From: Aureliella sp.
GTDB lineage: Bacteria; Planctomycetota; Planctomycetia; Pirellulales; Pirellulaceae
DNA: 64,000 nt
NCBI GenBank assembly: GCA_963691875.1
Contig: OY829846.1
Span: 448,001-512,000 of the forward strand
Direction of reading: 5' to 3'
The notes below the pieces were generated by a model. That model was not told the origin of the DNA and searched no databases. It saw only the letters and a program-made list of their open reading frames with translations. The position numbers and the translations under genes are program-made. This document shows, piece after piece, positions 20,210 to 30,823 of the stretch. The stretch's first letter is position 1. Every line of letters begins with the position of its first letter.

Positions 20210-21406
20210 TTGAAGTCATTCATGCTTAAGAAAATCCGATTCACCGCCGCGTTCCTAGTCCTGTGCTTTCTTAAAGGCCCCGCATTCTCTGAGAGCCCCA
20301 TCAGCGACAAGCTGCCTGACCCTGACGGCAAGCCTGCAAACATGACGAAGCCCGTCAAGGTCTTTCTCATCATGGGACAGTCTAACACCCTAGAATACGG
20401 TACTGTCGAAAAGAAAGAGCCTGTCCTCAAAATTAAGGAAGGGGCCAGTGCGCCAGAACGTGCCAAGGCAAAGGAAAAGTACGAAAAACGAATCGCTAAG
20501 TACGGGCAGGACAGAGGCAAGACGCTGGTGAGTGCGATTAAAAACGACGGTCTCTACTCGTTCATGGTCGACGCCACCGGCCAATGGACCAAACGCCAGG
20601 ATGTTCGTGTGACGCACGTGATGCAATCCAAGGGTAGCATGAAGTTGCAGCGGAACGACTGGCTGACAGTCAAGGGCAAGGCCATCGGCATCGATCAGGG
20701 GATTGGTCACCAACTGGGTAACTATTTTGATGGGCCAGTGCTGATGATTCGCAGTTCTATTGGGAACCGCGGCTTAGGTTGGGACCTGCTGCCTCCAGGC
20801 AGCCCCTCCTGGGAAGTTGAAGAAAAGGACAAAAGGAGCGGCGAAGTCAGAACCATGGTCTATGCGGGCTACAAGCAGTCACCGAAGAAATGGGAAAAGG
20901 GAACTGAGACCATCCGCATCAAATGGTACGCCGGCAAGCAGTATGACGACGACACCGCGAATGCCAAGAAAGTTCTTGCGGAAATTGGCAACTACTATCC
21001 TGGCGCGACGCAATACGAAGTCGCTGGTTTCTTCTGGTGGCAGGGCTGTAAGGACCGCAATAACCCTGCGTACTTCAACCGCTATGAGAAACATCTCTGC
21101 TTGTTGATCGATGCGTTGCGCCGGGACTTCAATGCGCCGAACGCCAAATTTGTTGCCGCGTCGCTGGGTGAAGACAAGAGAGGCGTCGACAACGGAGGGG
21201 GAAAGATCCTTGAAGCGATTATGAATATCGCCGATGCTTCGAAGCACCCGAAATATAAAGGGGCCGTTGCTGGAGTCTACACTCACCCCCTCACTATTCC
21301 GGCCGGCGGATCCTGCAGCCACTACGGCGGTAGCGCCAAAACCTACATGAATGTAGGACTTAGCATGGGCGAAGCAATGGTCGACCTCTTTGAAGAGCAT
21401 AATTAA
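20210..21406 (+). CDS. secreted sialate O-acetylesterase (SASA) family protein
   Basis: Signal peptide, LPDPDGKPA..TKPVKVFLIMGQSN, IGNRGLGWDLLPP, GFFWWQG.KD and SHYGG. The start may be the ATG at 20222. Confidence 0.85.
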   Translation: MKSFMLKKIRFTAAFLVLCFLKGPAFSESPISDKLPDPDGKPANMTKPVKVFLIMGQSNTLEYGTVEKKEPVLKIKEGASAPERAKAKEKYEKRIAKYGQDRGKTLVSAIKNDGLYSFMVDATGQWTKRQDVRVTHVMQSKGSMKLQRNDWLTVKGKAIGIDQGIGHQLGNYFDGPVLMIRSSIGNRGLGWDLLPPGSPSWEVEEKDKRSGEVRTMVYAGYKQSPKKWEKGTETIRIKWYAGKQYDDDTANAKKVLAEIGNYYPGATQYEVAGFFWWQGCKDRNNPAYFNRYEKHLCLLIDALRRDFNAPNAKFVAASLGEDKRGVDNGGGKILEAIMNIADASKHPKYKGAVAGVYTHPLTIPAGGSCSHYGGSAKTYMNVGLSMGEAMVDLFEEHN

Positions 21407-21779
21407 CATTGCGTTGAATGGCAGAGATCGCTCTGTTTTTCCAGCGTTCGTAATAAAAAGCGAATAGATCGAGGCCGTTGTGCTCCGAATCCGCCCTTCG
21501 CAAAAAGTCTGCTCGAACGAACGCCACATCGGTTGCAATCGATCTGCGACGCATATGAGCGTACTCACGGCGAACTAAAAGTGCGTGTGGGCTTGCCTCG
21601 ATCGGATGCAGATTAAGACCTAGACTGAATTGCGACGCGAATGACGAAATGGAAGTGATGTGCTCCAAAGACTGGGTGAATGTGAATAACACATCTGGGA
21701 GTGCAGCGGTAGCACTAGGTTTGGTTCCCTGCCCTATTTGATTCACTAGGCAACGCGGTAAGCCGGCTTTTCCACACGA

Positions 21780-22690
21780 CCAATTCGTTTCCTGCAGTCG
21801 AGTTTGAAGAGCCAAGCCGTCTCTTGCTTAAGGAATAGCGTACGCTTGCACCGCAAGATGGTTTTGATAAGGTTGAGGCCGCACTTAGTTGTAGTGCGTT
21901 ACAACTTTACAAAAAATGCACTCGTGATTCCGTTGACCAAAAGCACTGAGATGGTGAAGGGATTCGGGCCTTATCGTCGGATCGAAAAGTTCGACCTTTG
22001 TGTTCGGATTGGGTGTGTAGCCGGGATGCCGATTGCAATGGATTCCAGCGTCCTTCAAGGTCGCCTCGGAGTCACCTGAGAACTTGGTACCGCCGAGCTG
22101 AAGCACCGATGCAGAGCGATGTGTACTCAAATCCAGCCGGTTGACAAAAGTTTCAGCGTGCTCGACTCGCTAGGCTCATTTCGCATACTCTTGGAGACCT
22201 AGACCTCGCAACTTGCAACGTGCACGAATATGAAGAGATCGTGCTCGATTATGCGGGGACCGCTTTCGGCTTGTTTGGTAAGGAAGACGCATACATACAG
22301 CGTTTCAGCGTAAGCATTGAGATAACCGTCCCAAGTACTGAGGCTGCGGAGTATTTCGGTCGGTCTTGGACGCGAGGGCACGCCTCACCTGTCTCTTACC
22401 TAGAGGCGTTCCGAAGAAGGTTCTGCCGCGTTTTACCTCCCATTCGCCAGTATTAGAGGTTGCCTGGAGTGATGAGCGAGATTCGTTCAGCGATCGCCGT
22501 AAAAGTGGAAAACTGAATTTATTGGGCCGGTCACGTGCTTCAGGACTAACATTAGTTTGGTCAGCAATCATCGTACGACTGATCTGTTTCTCTTCCTTCA
22601 CGTCGGTTGCTCGTCGGCGCGGGAGAAAATCGCGAGCGCTGGCGAGCAAGGCAAGCTACGGATGACACAGGTTGGTCATAAGGGTGCGTT
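21780..22690 (-). mobile_element. decayed planctomycete integrase-core (rve) transposase
   Basis: Fragments HP*LALLASA..., TWDGYLNAYAETLYVCVF...FIFVHVAS, and GTKFSG...LKDAGI...PNPNTKVELFDPTIRPESLHHLSAFGQ...THYN*VRP. Stops and frameshifts throughout; boundaries approximate. Confidence 0.7.
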
Positions 22691-23061
22691 GGTGTAAGCT
22701 CTTAGTGGTTTATCGAGGGAGAGCACCGGGTAGATACCTCGCAGACAGTATGATCACCTGTGCTTTGTCATCCTGTTTTGATGGTGCTTGTAGTCCGACC
22801 ATCGGCGTGAGCTTCCCCTTTCGGCGTTAGTAGAAGATGGCTATCAAATTAACGTCTTCTAGTAAGTCGGTGCGAACCGATTCGCCTCAGTTTCAAATGC
22901 TTTGCCATCGCTGCTCGCCGATCGTAGGCGTCCCTAAATCAGCATGTATCTTGCTTTTGTGGAGTTAAAGAGACGATCTCGCGAGACTCTTATTAATAAC
23001 TGTGTTGTACGGAGAGGTGAACACTAGGCTGTTCGCATTCGAGTAGCTTGACAGGATAACA

Positions 23062-24117
23062 ATGAACCAGCAATTCGGTATCAAGCCACTTCTCTTGTTA
23101 ATTTTAATCTGCTGCGCGTCACCAATCTTGGTAGCGGGGGATGAGCCTACCAAACCGCGTCAGGAGCTGAAGATAAATAAGGTACAAGAGACTTTTACCA
23201 TTGCAGTTTTGCCCGACACTCAGTTCTATGCTGACACTCGACTCAAGCTATCAGCTAAGTGGGGAAATGGAGACTTGCGGCGTTACTTCTTTGAGCAAAC
23301 AAAGTGGGTCCGAGATAACCAGGAACGTCTTAATATTGCTTTTCTCGTCCACGAAGGCGATCTGGTCCAGGCGGATGCACCTGCAGAATGGGAAATCGCC
23401 AGGGATGCAATGTCTGTCCTGGACGGAAAAGTTCCCTACTGCATGTGCCTGGGCAACCACGATATGGGATTCGAGAAAGCTGACAATAATTATGGCGGCA
23501 ATATCGGGGTCAACCGCAGCACACTTTTTAATGCGTATTTTCCTCGGGCGAAGTTCGCAAAACGCCAAGAGTTTGGCGGCACTTTCGATCCGGGTCGCCA
23601 CGATAATTCTTGGTATCATTTCGAAACATCGGGAATGCGTTTTCTCGTGCTATCTATTGAGTGCAAGCCGCGCGACGAAGTATTGGCTTGGGCAAACAAG
23701 ATCGTCGGCAAGCACCCCGATCACCGTGTTATTGTGCTTACGCATGCGTATTTAAATGCGAGTAAATCAAGAAACACTGGCGGAGGAATAAAGGCTAAAG
23801 GCAACACCGGAGAGCAGATGTGGCAAAAGTTTGTCAAGAAGCACCAGAATATCTTCATGGTTCTCTGTGGGCACCACGCTGGAGAGGCCTTTTGCACAGA
23901 TACCGGTGAGCACGGAAACCAAGTTCACCAGATTCTTTGCGACTATCAGCATCTGAAGAATGGGGGAGAATCATGGCTACGCTACATGGTCTTCGAACCG
24001 CGGGCGAATAAGATTAGCATCTACACCTACAATCCTGCACTTAATGAATTCAAAAACGGTCCGTCCAGCAGGTTCGATTTAGAATACCCGATGGCTGCCA
24101 CGCCGCAGAATCCTTAA
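23062..24117 (+). CDS. secreted calcineurin-like metallophosphoesterase
   Basis: Signal peptide. Motifs LPDTQ, HEGDLV, GNHD, THAY and GHH. Confidence 0.9.
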   Translation: MNQQFGIKPLLLLILICCASPILVAGDEPTKPRQELKINKVQETFTIAVLPDTQFYADTRLKLSAKWGNGDLRRYFFEQTKWVRDNQERLNIAFLVHEGDLVQADAPAEWEIARDAMSVLDGKVPYCMCLGNHDMGFEKADNNYGGNIGVNRSTLFNAYFPRAKFAKRQEFGGTFDPGRHDNSWYHFETSGMRFLVLSIECKPRDEVLAWANKIVGKHPDHRVIVLTHAYLNASKSRNTGGGIKAKGNTGEQMWQKFVKKHQNIFMVLCGHHAGEAFCTDTGEHGNQVHQILCDYQHLKNGGESWLRYMVFEPRANKISIYTYNPALNEFKNGPSSRFDLEYPMAATPQNP

Positions 24118-24293
24118 CCGAAAGAGTATCGGAACTCGCGAGTCCCCTGCCGCCGAACCGATTAGCAACTTTAGATTTTTTTGATCAGCTTCAAGCTCGT
24201 TGCATTTAGGGAGGAGAGCGAACTGAGGACAGTCTGCAGCGTCAGGAACTCACGTCCTCCTCCCCCTTATCCAGCTCGCATTAACCGGATGCC

Positions 24294-24992
24294 CTACCCG
24301 GCATTTCCGTCGCGACGACGGCGAGTCGCAACCAGGCCCAGTGCACCGATACTGAAGATCGCAAGTGAGGTTGGCTCGGGGATTACTCCGGAAGTCACCG
24401 TGACTAGGCTTGCGGCCGGGCCAAATGTCATCCCATCTCTTGACGAGCTACCATCCCAGAATCTCGTAAGACCCGAAGCGATATCTGCATTTGGGAAAGG
24501 AGACGCAAGCAGGTCGGCGACCACGCTGGTTAGCGAGTCGGGATTGGAAAAAAACGAAGGGCCTTCAGTGTCCAAATCGATATCGCCAGCGATGATATTC
24601 GGTATCGCGGAAGTCGCGTCAGTCACCAAGCTTTCGATTTCAAATTCCGTGTCGTCGTCCACTTCGATTTCGACACCGCCACCGTAAAACAATGTCGCAC
24701 CCGAAGTCTTGCCGGTCAGCCTAAGAAATCCGAGTGGATCGTCGAAATTGCCATCACCAGAAGCCGCTTCTATGTCGGGCGTTGCGTCGTTGAAAGTCCC
24801 CTCAAGAATCAGTCGTTCGCCGAGCAAGAATCCCGCGGCCGCTTCTGGAGAACCTGGATCGAGGAAAGTGATTAGGCCGACATCATTGAATTTAAGCGTA
24901 ATCGTGCCTGCGGTTGCTGATGTATTGTCAAAACTGGCTAAAAATGCCAAAGCCGCTAAGCAGGCTAAAGACAGCCGAAATGTTCCCTTCAT
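24294..24992 (-). CDS. PEP-CTERM sorting-domain protein
   Basis: Signal peptide, acidic body and C-terminal IPEPTSLAIFSIGALGLVATRRRR. Confidence 0.93.
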   Translation of the reverse strand: MKGTFRLSLACLAALAFLASFDNTSATAGTITLKFNDVGLITFLDPGSPEAAAGFLLGERLILEGTFNDATPDIEAASGDGNFDDPLGFLRLTGKTSGATLFYGGGVEIEVDDDTEFEIESLVTDATSAIPNIIAGDIDLDTEGPSFFSNPDSLTSVVADLLASPFPNADIASGLTRFWDGSSSRDGMTFGPAASLVTVTSGVIPEPTSLAIFSIGALGLVATRRRRDGNAG

Positions 24993-25929
24993 TTTTTATC
25001 CTCGTCCGGCTGATTTCGTGACTATGAAGCATTGCACCGTGGAAGTTGGTTTTTCCATACGCCAGCGGGATGCAGTAAACGTGGCAAGCAAATGGTCGAG
25101 ATTTGCTCACGCCCTTCGGAAAACCGACGAAAACGTGGCCAGCCCGCGCCGCAAGCGTCATTCGAGGGGCTCGAAACAGACATATCTTTGCTACCGATGC
25201 CTGACTGCCACGAACGTCACGTCTGACACTCATCCACGCAACCTGGCTCGCGTTCCATCCAGTTCCTCGCCCAACATGGCCGCCGACTCGACAGGCGGTG
25301 TGCCCAGTTGCGTGACAAGTTAGTAGAAGGCGTCGAGGATGTACTAATATCTCCAATGTTGATCACACTGATCGCCGCAATGGTTGGGATCGCAACCTCA
25401 GGCACCGCTTCGGTACAAACGGTCGGAGATACCGGCCTGTCGTTCGAGGCATTCGGAAACGGAAAAATACGGATCTAGACGGCGATCCGCCTCTTCGCTG
25501 TTGATTTGATTCACACTATCGAATTCTGAAAGAATCCAACGGCTATAACAAGAGCATCGTTCGTCCCGGTCTCGGCTATTCTTTCGCAAAATAGCAGGCA
25601 CTGTGGGCGGGCTACGCCTGAATTGGAACATCACCGGTTCTCGGCTGTGAGTTTGTTGAGCACCGATTCTGGCTGCAATCGATTGCGGCCCCCTCAATAC
25701 CAATTGCAGGGTTCTGCATCGGAGGCTTTGTGAACAGCTCTGGGACGAGATAGCGGATGAAGTTGAGTGGCGATGGGGACAACTCGCACAAATATCAGCG
25801 TCATATTGATGGAACATTTGTTTCGGTGAATTGGAGCCTCGGACCACGGCCGCATAAAAATTCTGGCTGACGTTTACTGGCTTGGAGCCGAGATAGACGC
25901 GAATGTTGTCAGCAGCGCTGCACCGACCC

Positions 25930-26830
25930 AGTGCTACCGTTGGTAGCTCGGTGTTGAACAGTTGGCGGAGATAGACCAGGTGGCTGGGAAATAGGAATTC
26001 AGCAAACAGCCCAGTTCTTCGTGGCCACCCATTTGAATTGCTCTGAAATCGATGGTTTGTGGTGGCTCGGTATCTGCGACGGGAGGAAGATTATTGCGTG
26101 CTGAATGACCTTGCCAAATGTTGTACCAGTCGCCTCCAACTCGCAGAATGCGATCAAGTCGTGCATATGTGACAACGACAAATCCGTTCAAGATTTCGTG
26201 TTTGAGGGTCTGAATTTCGCGTTCAACTTATGCCCGTAAACTGTTGGATACAGGTTTGATTTTTCCGACGCGGCAGTGGGATGGCGTAACACTAAATCAT
26301 ACGTTTCGGTGTACTCTTGCTCATTGTCGCGTGAGAAGGTTACGCAGAGCAGCTCCTTATTTCTTAGATGCATTCAGACGGTCCGTGCTTGCTGTGCATT
26401 CCAGTCAACGGTTGGATTTTCGGTTACCAGTGACACCCAGAGGCGTCGGTTTGCCAGGTCGGTGAACAAGATGAAATAAACGCGGGCCATTCCTGTGATG
26501 GTCCATTTTTCCTTGCAGGCGAATTTACATTGCAACATGGCCTCGGCATCGCGATTTGTGAAGGAACCGCAATTGTCAGAATCGCCATTGTTGTCCGGTG
26601 GAGCGATGACTTCGGTTGCCAAGATGTTGTTGACTGTTTTACGCGAGATCGGTTGACCGAACGGTGCCAGGCCCTGTCTGATTTCGTTGTTTATACCCAT
26701 CCTGTTTTTTCGCATCCGAATAATACTGCGGATGCTGTCAGCAGTTACGGGGCGTCCAGTTTTATCTTTTCGGGCGGCGTGCGTTATCTTGAAGTCCCCA
26801 CACTTCCTTCGCTGCTGTAGGCTGAGTAAG
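25930..26830 (-). mobile_element. decayed integrase-core (rve) transposase, second copy of the family
   Basis: GRPVT..IRSIIRM, ISRKTVNNIL, WTITG...YFILF.DLANRRLW...TENPT.DW..QQAR, RDN..YTE.YD.VL, WYN..QGHSARNNLPP and EELGCLLNSY. Frameshifted. Confidence 0.75.
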
Positions 26831-26844
26831 AGTGTCTACCGTTA

Positions 26845-28935
26845 TTACTTTGAAATTCCGCTCGTTTCCTTCGTCGTTGTCGAATCCTGAGGTTTTCTCT
26901 TCTCCTGCCGACGTGCTGTCATCGATATTGCTTCCAGTTCACGTTCACTCAGGACACGTTGCCACACCTTGACTTCGTCGATCAGGCCTTCGTAGTTTCG
27001 CCCCTCGCCGGCGCGGTGACCGCCGATGATCAGTCCACCGAACTCGGAAGCCGGCCCGGGTGTTGGGAGATTGTGTGTGGCAACCGGCTTTCCATTCAGG
27101 AAAAGCGTCAGCGACTTCGAGTTGAATGTCACCACGACATGATTCCATTTGTTCAGCAATTGTTCTCGATCAACCAGTGTGTCGAACGGTCCTTGGGATT
27201 GTGCGTTCGGTGCAGCGTCCGGTTCGACAGCAGGTTTGAGTGTGTGAGTGAACAGTTGCAGGTTTACTTTTTCTTGATTCGATGTGGCACGCAGTCCGAG
27301 AGACAGATGCCATGCACTGCTTTCTGATGGTTTCCCTTCGGCCGTGCTTTCCATCAGGAACGACCGAACATCGGAGCCATGTGCAGGTAATTCGGTAGGC
27401 TTGATCCAGAGTGATACCGTATGGGAATCCGAGTTGTCGTTGAGAAAACTACGTGGAACATTCAGATGCTGCCGCCTGGAAGCGTCGAACTGCACAGCAC
27501 TGCCAGAAATGCCGCCAGTGACAATCTTTGCGCCATGAATCGACTGCGCGTTGATGCGATGGCCGAGAGACGAATCGTTTGAGAAGTCTTTGTCGAATGA
27601 CCAGTGAGCGCGAAGGTCGGCATCGGCATCTTCTTTCACCGGTGGAGTTATGTGAGAAAGTGAAAGTTCTACCTTTCGATTGATTTTTTCGTCAGGTTGT
27701 CGGAATTCGGCGATCAGTTTTGGATCACCGCGTGTGCTATCGGCGGTCAGCTTCAGGAACTGCCAACCTTCGACCAGCGACCATTCCAGCGACGGGTGAT
27801 AGACATCTAGGGAAGTGATGACTCGCTGGTGGCCAGGCGAGATTACAAAATCGTGCAGGTCATAGCCGACTCGCTGCGGGTGAATCAGGTGTCGGGCAAC
27901 GTGGATGTCACCGCCTAACAGCACTACACCACCGATCTTGTTGGCCTTGATAAAGTCGAGCAGCGCATCACGTTCATACCAGTACGTGAACATGTCGTCT
28001 GATTCCGGATTCTTCTTGTCCTGCCAGATGGAGCCGGTCGCGAGCACCTTGAAGGGCGCCTTCGAGTCGCTTAGGTTCTTCAAAAGCCACTTCCACTGTT
28101 CATGCCCGAAGCAGGTAGGCTGCGTCTTGTCAGCGGGCGACGGTTCGGTCTGCGAGAAGTAACGCGGGTCGAGCAGGAAGATTTCCATCATCCCGAGATC
28201 GACTTTGTGGTAAACGCCCTCCGTTCCGTTGCCGAACTGTGAATGAGCACGGTATTCGACGAAACCACGACGCGTGTCGCCTTTTCCCTCCATCATGTTA
28301 CGTCCATTGCCGTTGTTACGACCGAAGTCATGGTCGTCCCATGTTCCGATAATCGGTGTGTGCGATCCGAGTGATACCAGATCGGGCATCTGCAAAAACT
28401 TGCGATGTCGGTCGCGGACTGTGCGTAAGTTTGAGCTGTCGATGTACGGTGTGTCTCCCATCAGGCAGACCGTGTCGACTTGCAGTTTCTCCATCTCCTT
28501 CCAGATGCCGTTTGGTTCGATGTCGACACAGGACACAAACGCTACCGAAACACGATTGCCTTTACGGGCCGGGTTGGCGGTCGTGAATGAATGAGCTTCA
28601 TCCACTGCGACGATTACACGCCCGTCCGCATCTTCGATTCTGTACGAGTATGTTGTCGCGGCCTTCAGCCCCCTCACGGCGAACCGAGCAACGAAATCGT
28701 TTTCGCTGCTGGAGACTCCAGCTACTCGTTGAACCAGTTGTCCTTCAGTCAGGACCGACAGATGCAAACTGGTTTCCCTGGCCCCAGGGCGGTACAGGAT
28801 GTGGGCCGTGGTCGACTCGACTGTCCCGACAATCGGCCCAACAACTTCTTCATTTGCCTGCGCACACGAGGCAGCGAGCGACAAACGCAATCCGTATAGA
28901 ACGGCCAGTGAGATCAGACGATTCCAGGTACTCAT
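26845..28935 (-). CDS. phoD: PhoD-family alkaline phosphatase/phosphodiesterase with a C-terminal LamG (concanavalin-like) domain
   Basis: Signal peptide from the ATG at 28935 (the ORF-track start overlaps the upstream gene). PhoD motifs SC, GDTPY.D, WDDHD...NN, LD.RY and GDIH. LamG motifs HWSFD, TVSLWIK, WNHVVVT..LFLNG and GLIDEVKVW.R.LS. Confidence 0.88.
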   Translation of the reverse strand: MSTWNRLISLAVLYGLRLSLAASCAQANEEVVGPIVGTVESTTAHILYRPGARETSLHLSVLTEGQLVQRVAGVSSSENDFVARFAVRGLKAATTYSYRIEDADGRVIVAVDEAHSFTTANPARKGNRVSVAFVSCVDIEPNGIWKEMEKLQVDTVCLMGDTPYIDSSNLRTVRDRHRKFLQMPDLVSLGSHTPIIGTWDDHDFGRNNGNGRNMMEGKGDTRRGFVEYRAHSQFGNGTEGVYHKVDLGMMEIFLLDPRYFSQTEPSPADKTQPTCFGHEQWKWLLKNLSDSKAPFKVLATGSIWQDKKNPESDDMFTYWYERDALLDFIKANKIGGVVLLGGDIHVARHLIHPQRVGYDLHDFVISPGHQRVITSLDVYHPSLEWSLVEGWQFLKLTADSTRGDPKLIAEFRQPDEKINRKVELSLSHITPPVKEDADADLRAHWSFDKDFSNDSSLGHRINAQSIHGAKIVTGGISGSAVQFDASRRQHLNVPRSFLNDNSDSHTVSLWIKPTELPAHGSDVRSFLMESTAEGKPSESSAWHLSLGLRATSNQEKVNLQLFTHTLKPAVEPDAAPNAQSQGPFDTLVDREQLLNKWNHVVVTFNSKSLTLFLNGKPVATHNLPTPGPASEFGGLIIGGHRAGEGRNYEGLIDEVKVWQRVLSERELEAISMTARRQEKRKPQDSTTTKETSGISK

Positions 28936-28939
28936 TTCG

Positions 28940-30085
28940 TTAGTCTGTTTCGTGTATTGTTTGCAGAAGCTTGAGAAGTTGGTCTTGGGTCGCGCGGCGG
29001 GGATTGTTCGATAGACGCTCGATGTTGACGGAATCGACGATGCTTTGCATTTCATCGGATGTCTTGACGCCAACCTCATCCAAGGTTGTCGGGCAGTCTA
29101 TTTTCGAAAGAAGATTTTTGATCGAATCAGTAGCTTCGTCGACGTTGTCGCTTCTCAGAATATCGAGAATTCGCGACATGCGGTCCCGGACGGCGATTGC
29201 TCCACGCGGATCAGTGCAGTCGTCATCAGTCACGCCGGCGTTGAAAGCGAGCGTGGGCGCTAGTGTGATCGCAACAGCCATTCCATGCGGGACACCATGT
29301 CGCGAAGTGAGCGCATAAGAAAGCGCGTGGGGCGCCGTGGTCTTCGTGATGTTGATGCCCTTGCCGGCGAGATGCGACGCGCGACTCATTGCTTCACGGG
29401 CGTCGGGCGTCGGAGAATTGGTCGCCGCTACCAGGTTGCCGAATGCAAGCCGTGCTGCCTCAGTAGCATACTGCATCGACTCTTCCGTCGCCGCGACGGC
29501 CCAGATCGATTCAATCGCCTGACAGAAGGCGTCGAGTCCTGTCGCGGCCGTCATTCGTTTCGGCAGGCTCATGGTCAGTGCTGAATCGACGACAGCGTAG
29601 CGCGGCATCAACGACGGATGGGCCACGGAATGCTTGTCACCATCGACGTAAACGACAGCAAAGTGAGTCGTTTCGCTCCCAGTCCCAGCCGTTGTCGGAA
29701 TCGCCATCAATGGCTTACCGGCAACCTGAATCGAGGCCAGACCGATTGCGATGTCACGCGCCGACTCATGCTGGATGGCGAGAGCGCCGATCAGCTTCGC
29801 AAGATCGATCGCCGTGCCGCCGCCCAACGCGATAACGAAATCAGGTTGGCATTTTCGATAAGCCTCGATCCCTCGCTGCACATCCTCCAGCTTCGGATTC
29901 AACTCGAAATCAGTAAACCAGGTAGTCGCTCTCTCTTGAAGTATTGGCTCGAGGATTTCTCTTGCCCCTGACGCTTGCCAGGCTGGTTCATCAACAACCA
30001 GAAATAAGCGATCGGCCGGCAGAGCTTCCAGTACGGACGAAACTTCGCTGATGGAGCCGATCGGTCGATGCTGCTCGGCGATCAA
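28940..30085 (-). CDS. iron-containing alcohol dehydrogenase, phosphonoacetaldehyde reductase / hydroxyethylphosphonate dehydrogenase-like
   Basis: GGGTAIDLAK, PTTAGTGSETTHFAVVY..G.K.S..HP, DAFCQAIESIW, AG..INITKTTAPHALSY.LT..HGVPHG.AVA and C-terminal N.ERL.NNP, typical of the phosphonoacetaldehyde reductase clade. Confidence 0.8.
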   Translation of the reverse strand: MIAEQHRPIGSISEVSSVLEALPADRLFLVVDEPAWQASGAREILEPILQERATTWFTDFELNPKLEDVQRGIEAYRKCQPDFVIALGGGTAIDLAKLIGALAIQHESARDIAIGLASIQVAGKPLMAIPTTAGTGSETTHFAVVYVDGDKHSVAHPSLMPRYAVVDSALTMSLPKRMTAATGLDAFCQAIESIWAVAATEESMQYATEAARLAFGNLVAATNSPTPDAREAMSRASHLAGKGINITKTTAPHALSYALTSRHGVPHGMAVAITLAPTLAFNAGVTDDDCTDPRGAIAVRDRMSRILDILRSDNVDEATDSIKNLLSKIDCPTTLDEVGVKTSDEMQSIVDSVNIERLSNNPRRATQDQLLKLLQTIHETD

Positions 30086-30199
30086 ATGAATTTCTCCAGC
30101 GCTGGATGAGTCTTACTTTGATGGATCCATATGATGCACTAATGTTAACTAATAGTAAACACAGGGCCGTCAACAGACCGTCAGAGCGCGAGTTCCGCA

Positions 30200-30420
30200 T
30201 TCATTCAATCAAACTGTCACACCACCAACAGGTTTTTTCTACGTGGTGGCGGATGCTGCTGACAACGATGTTCTGGTACCCGTTTGGGTAGGCGGGTTGG
30301 CAGACGTTCGGGTTTGCCATCCCCGGTATTGAGCAAGAGCTAGGGATCTCCGAATCAATGCTGGGCTGGCCTAGTGCAATTTGGTTTTGGACCGATGCCA
30401 TAGGGCGATGGATTCGAAGA
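30200..30420 (+). pseudogene. N-terminal relic of an OPA-family (GlpT/UhpC-like) MFS transporter
   Basis: One frame reads WWRMLLTTMFWYPFG*AGWQTFGFAIPGIEQELGISESMLGWPSA.W.W.DAIG across a TAG at 30289, matching the TM1-TM2 pattern of organophosphate MFS transporters. The remainder is missing. Confidence 0.6.
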
Positions 30421-30823
30421 GACGCGACTGCAGCGGCTGAATCAATCAGCGAGCAGCATGATCGACGTAGCAAATTACTGGTATCCAGTTAATGCTTTCA
30501 TCATTTTGGATTTGCAGGTCACGTTTAAGCTGCGAAAGATTGGGGGCACACTTGAATACAAACGCGGGCCAAATTTCCTTTAACGAATAAAATCGTTGAA
30601 AAGCTTTTTGCGAGGTCTCCCCGCGACTCGTGAGACCCTCTGCATACAGCAGGCGGACATTGAATGCATGGGCCAGTCTTACTCAACGAATACTGGACAA
30701 AAGAACCAACTGATCGTGGCGAGCGCAAATTAAGGCATTACGCTCGCCAAGCCGACCAGTTGAAATAAATCATCTTAAACAGACTTGACTAGTTTTACGC
30801 CAGCACGAGTAGTTCAAACATGA

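Noticed and set aside
24205..24270. GGAGGAG...CTCCTCC dyad between convergent genes
   Set aside because: Long imperfect loop and no U-tract.
25000..25900. ORFs upstream of the PEP-CTERM gene
   Set aside because: No recognisable homology. Likely promoter region plus decayed sequence.
28936..29079. extended N-terminus of phoD in the ORF track
   Set aside because: It overlaps the upstream ADH. The signal peptide begins at Met 28935.
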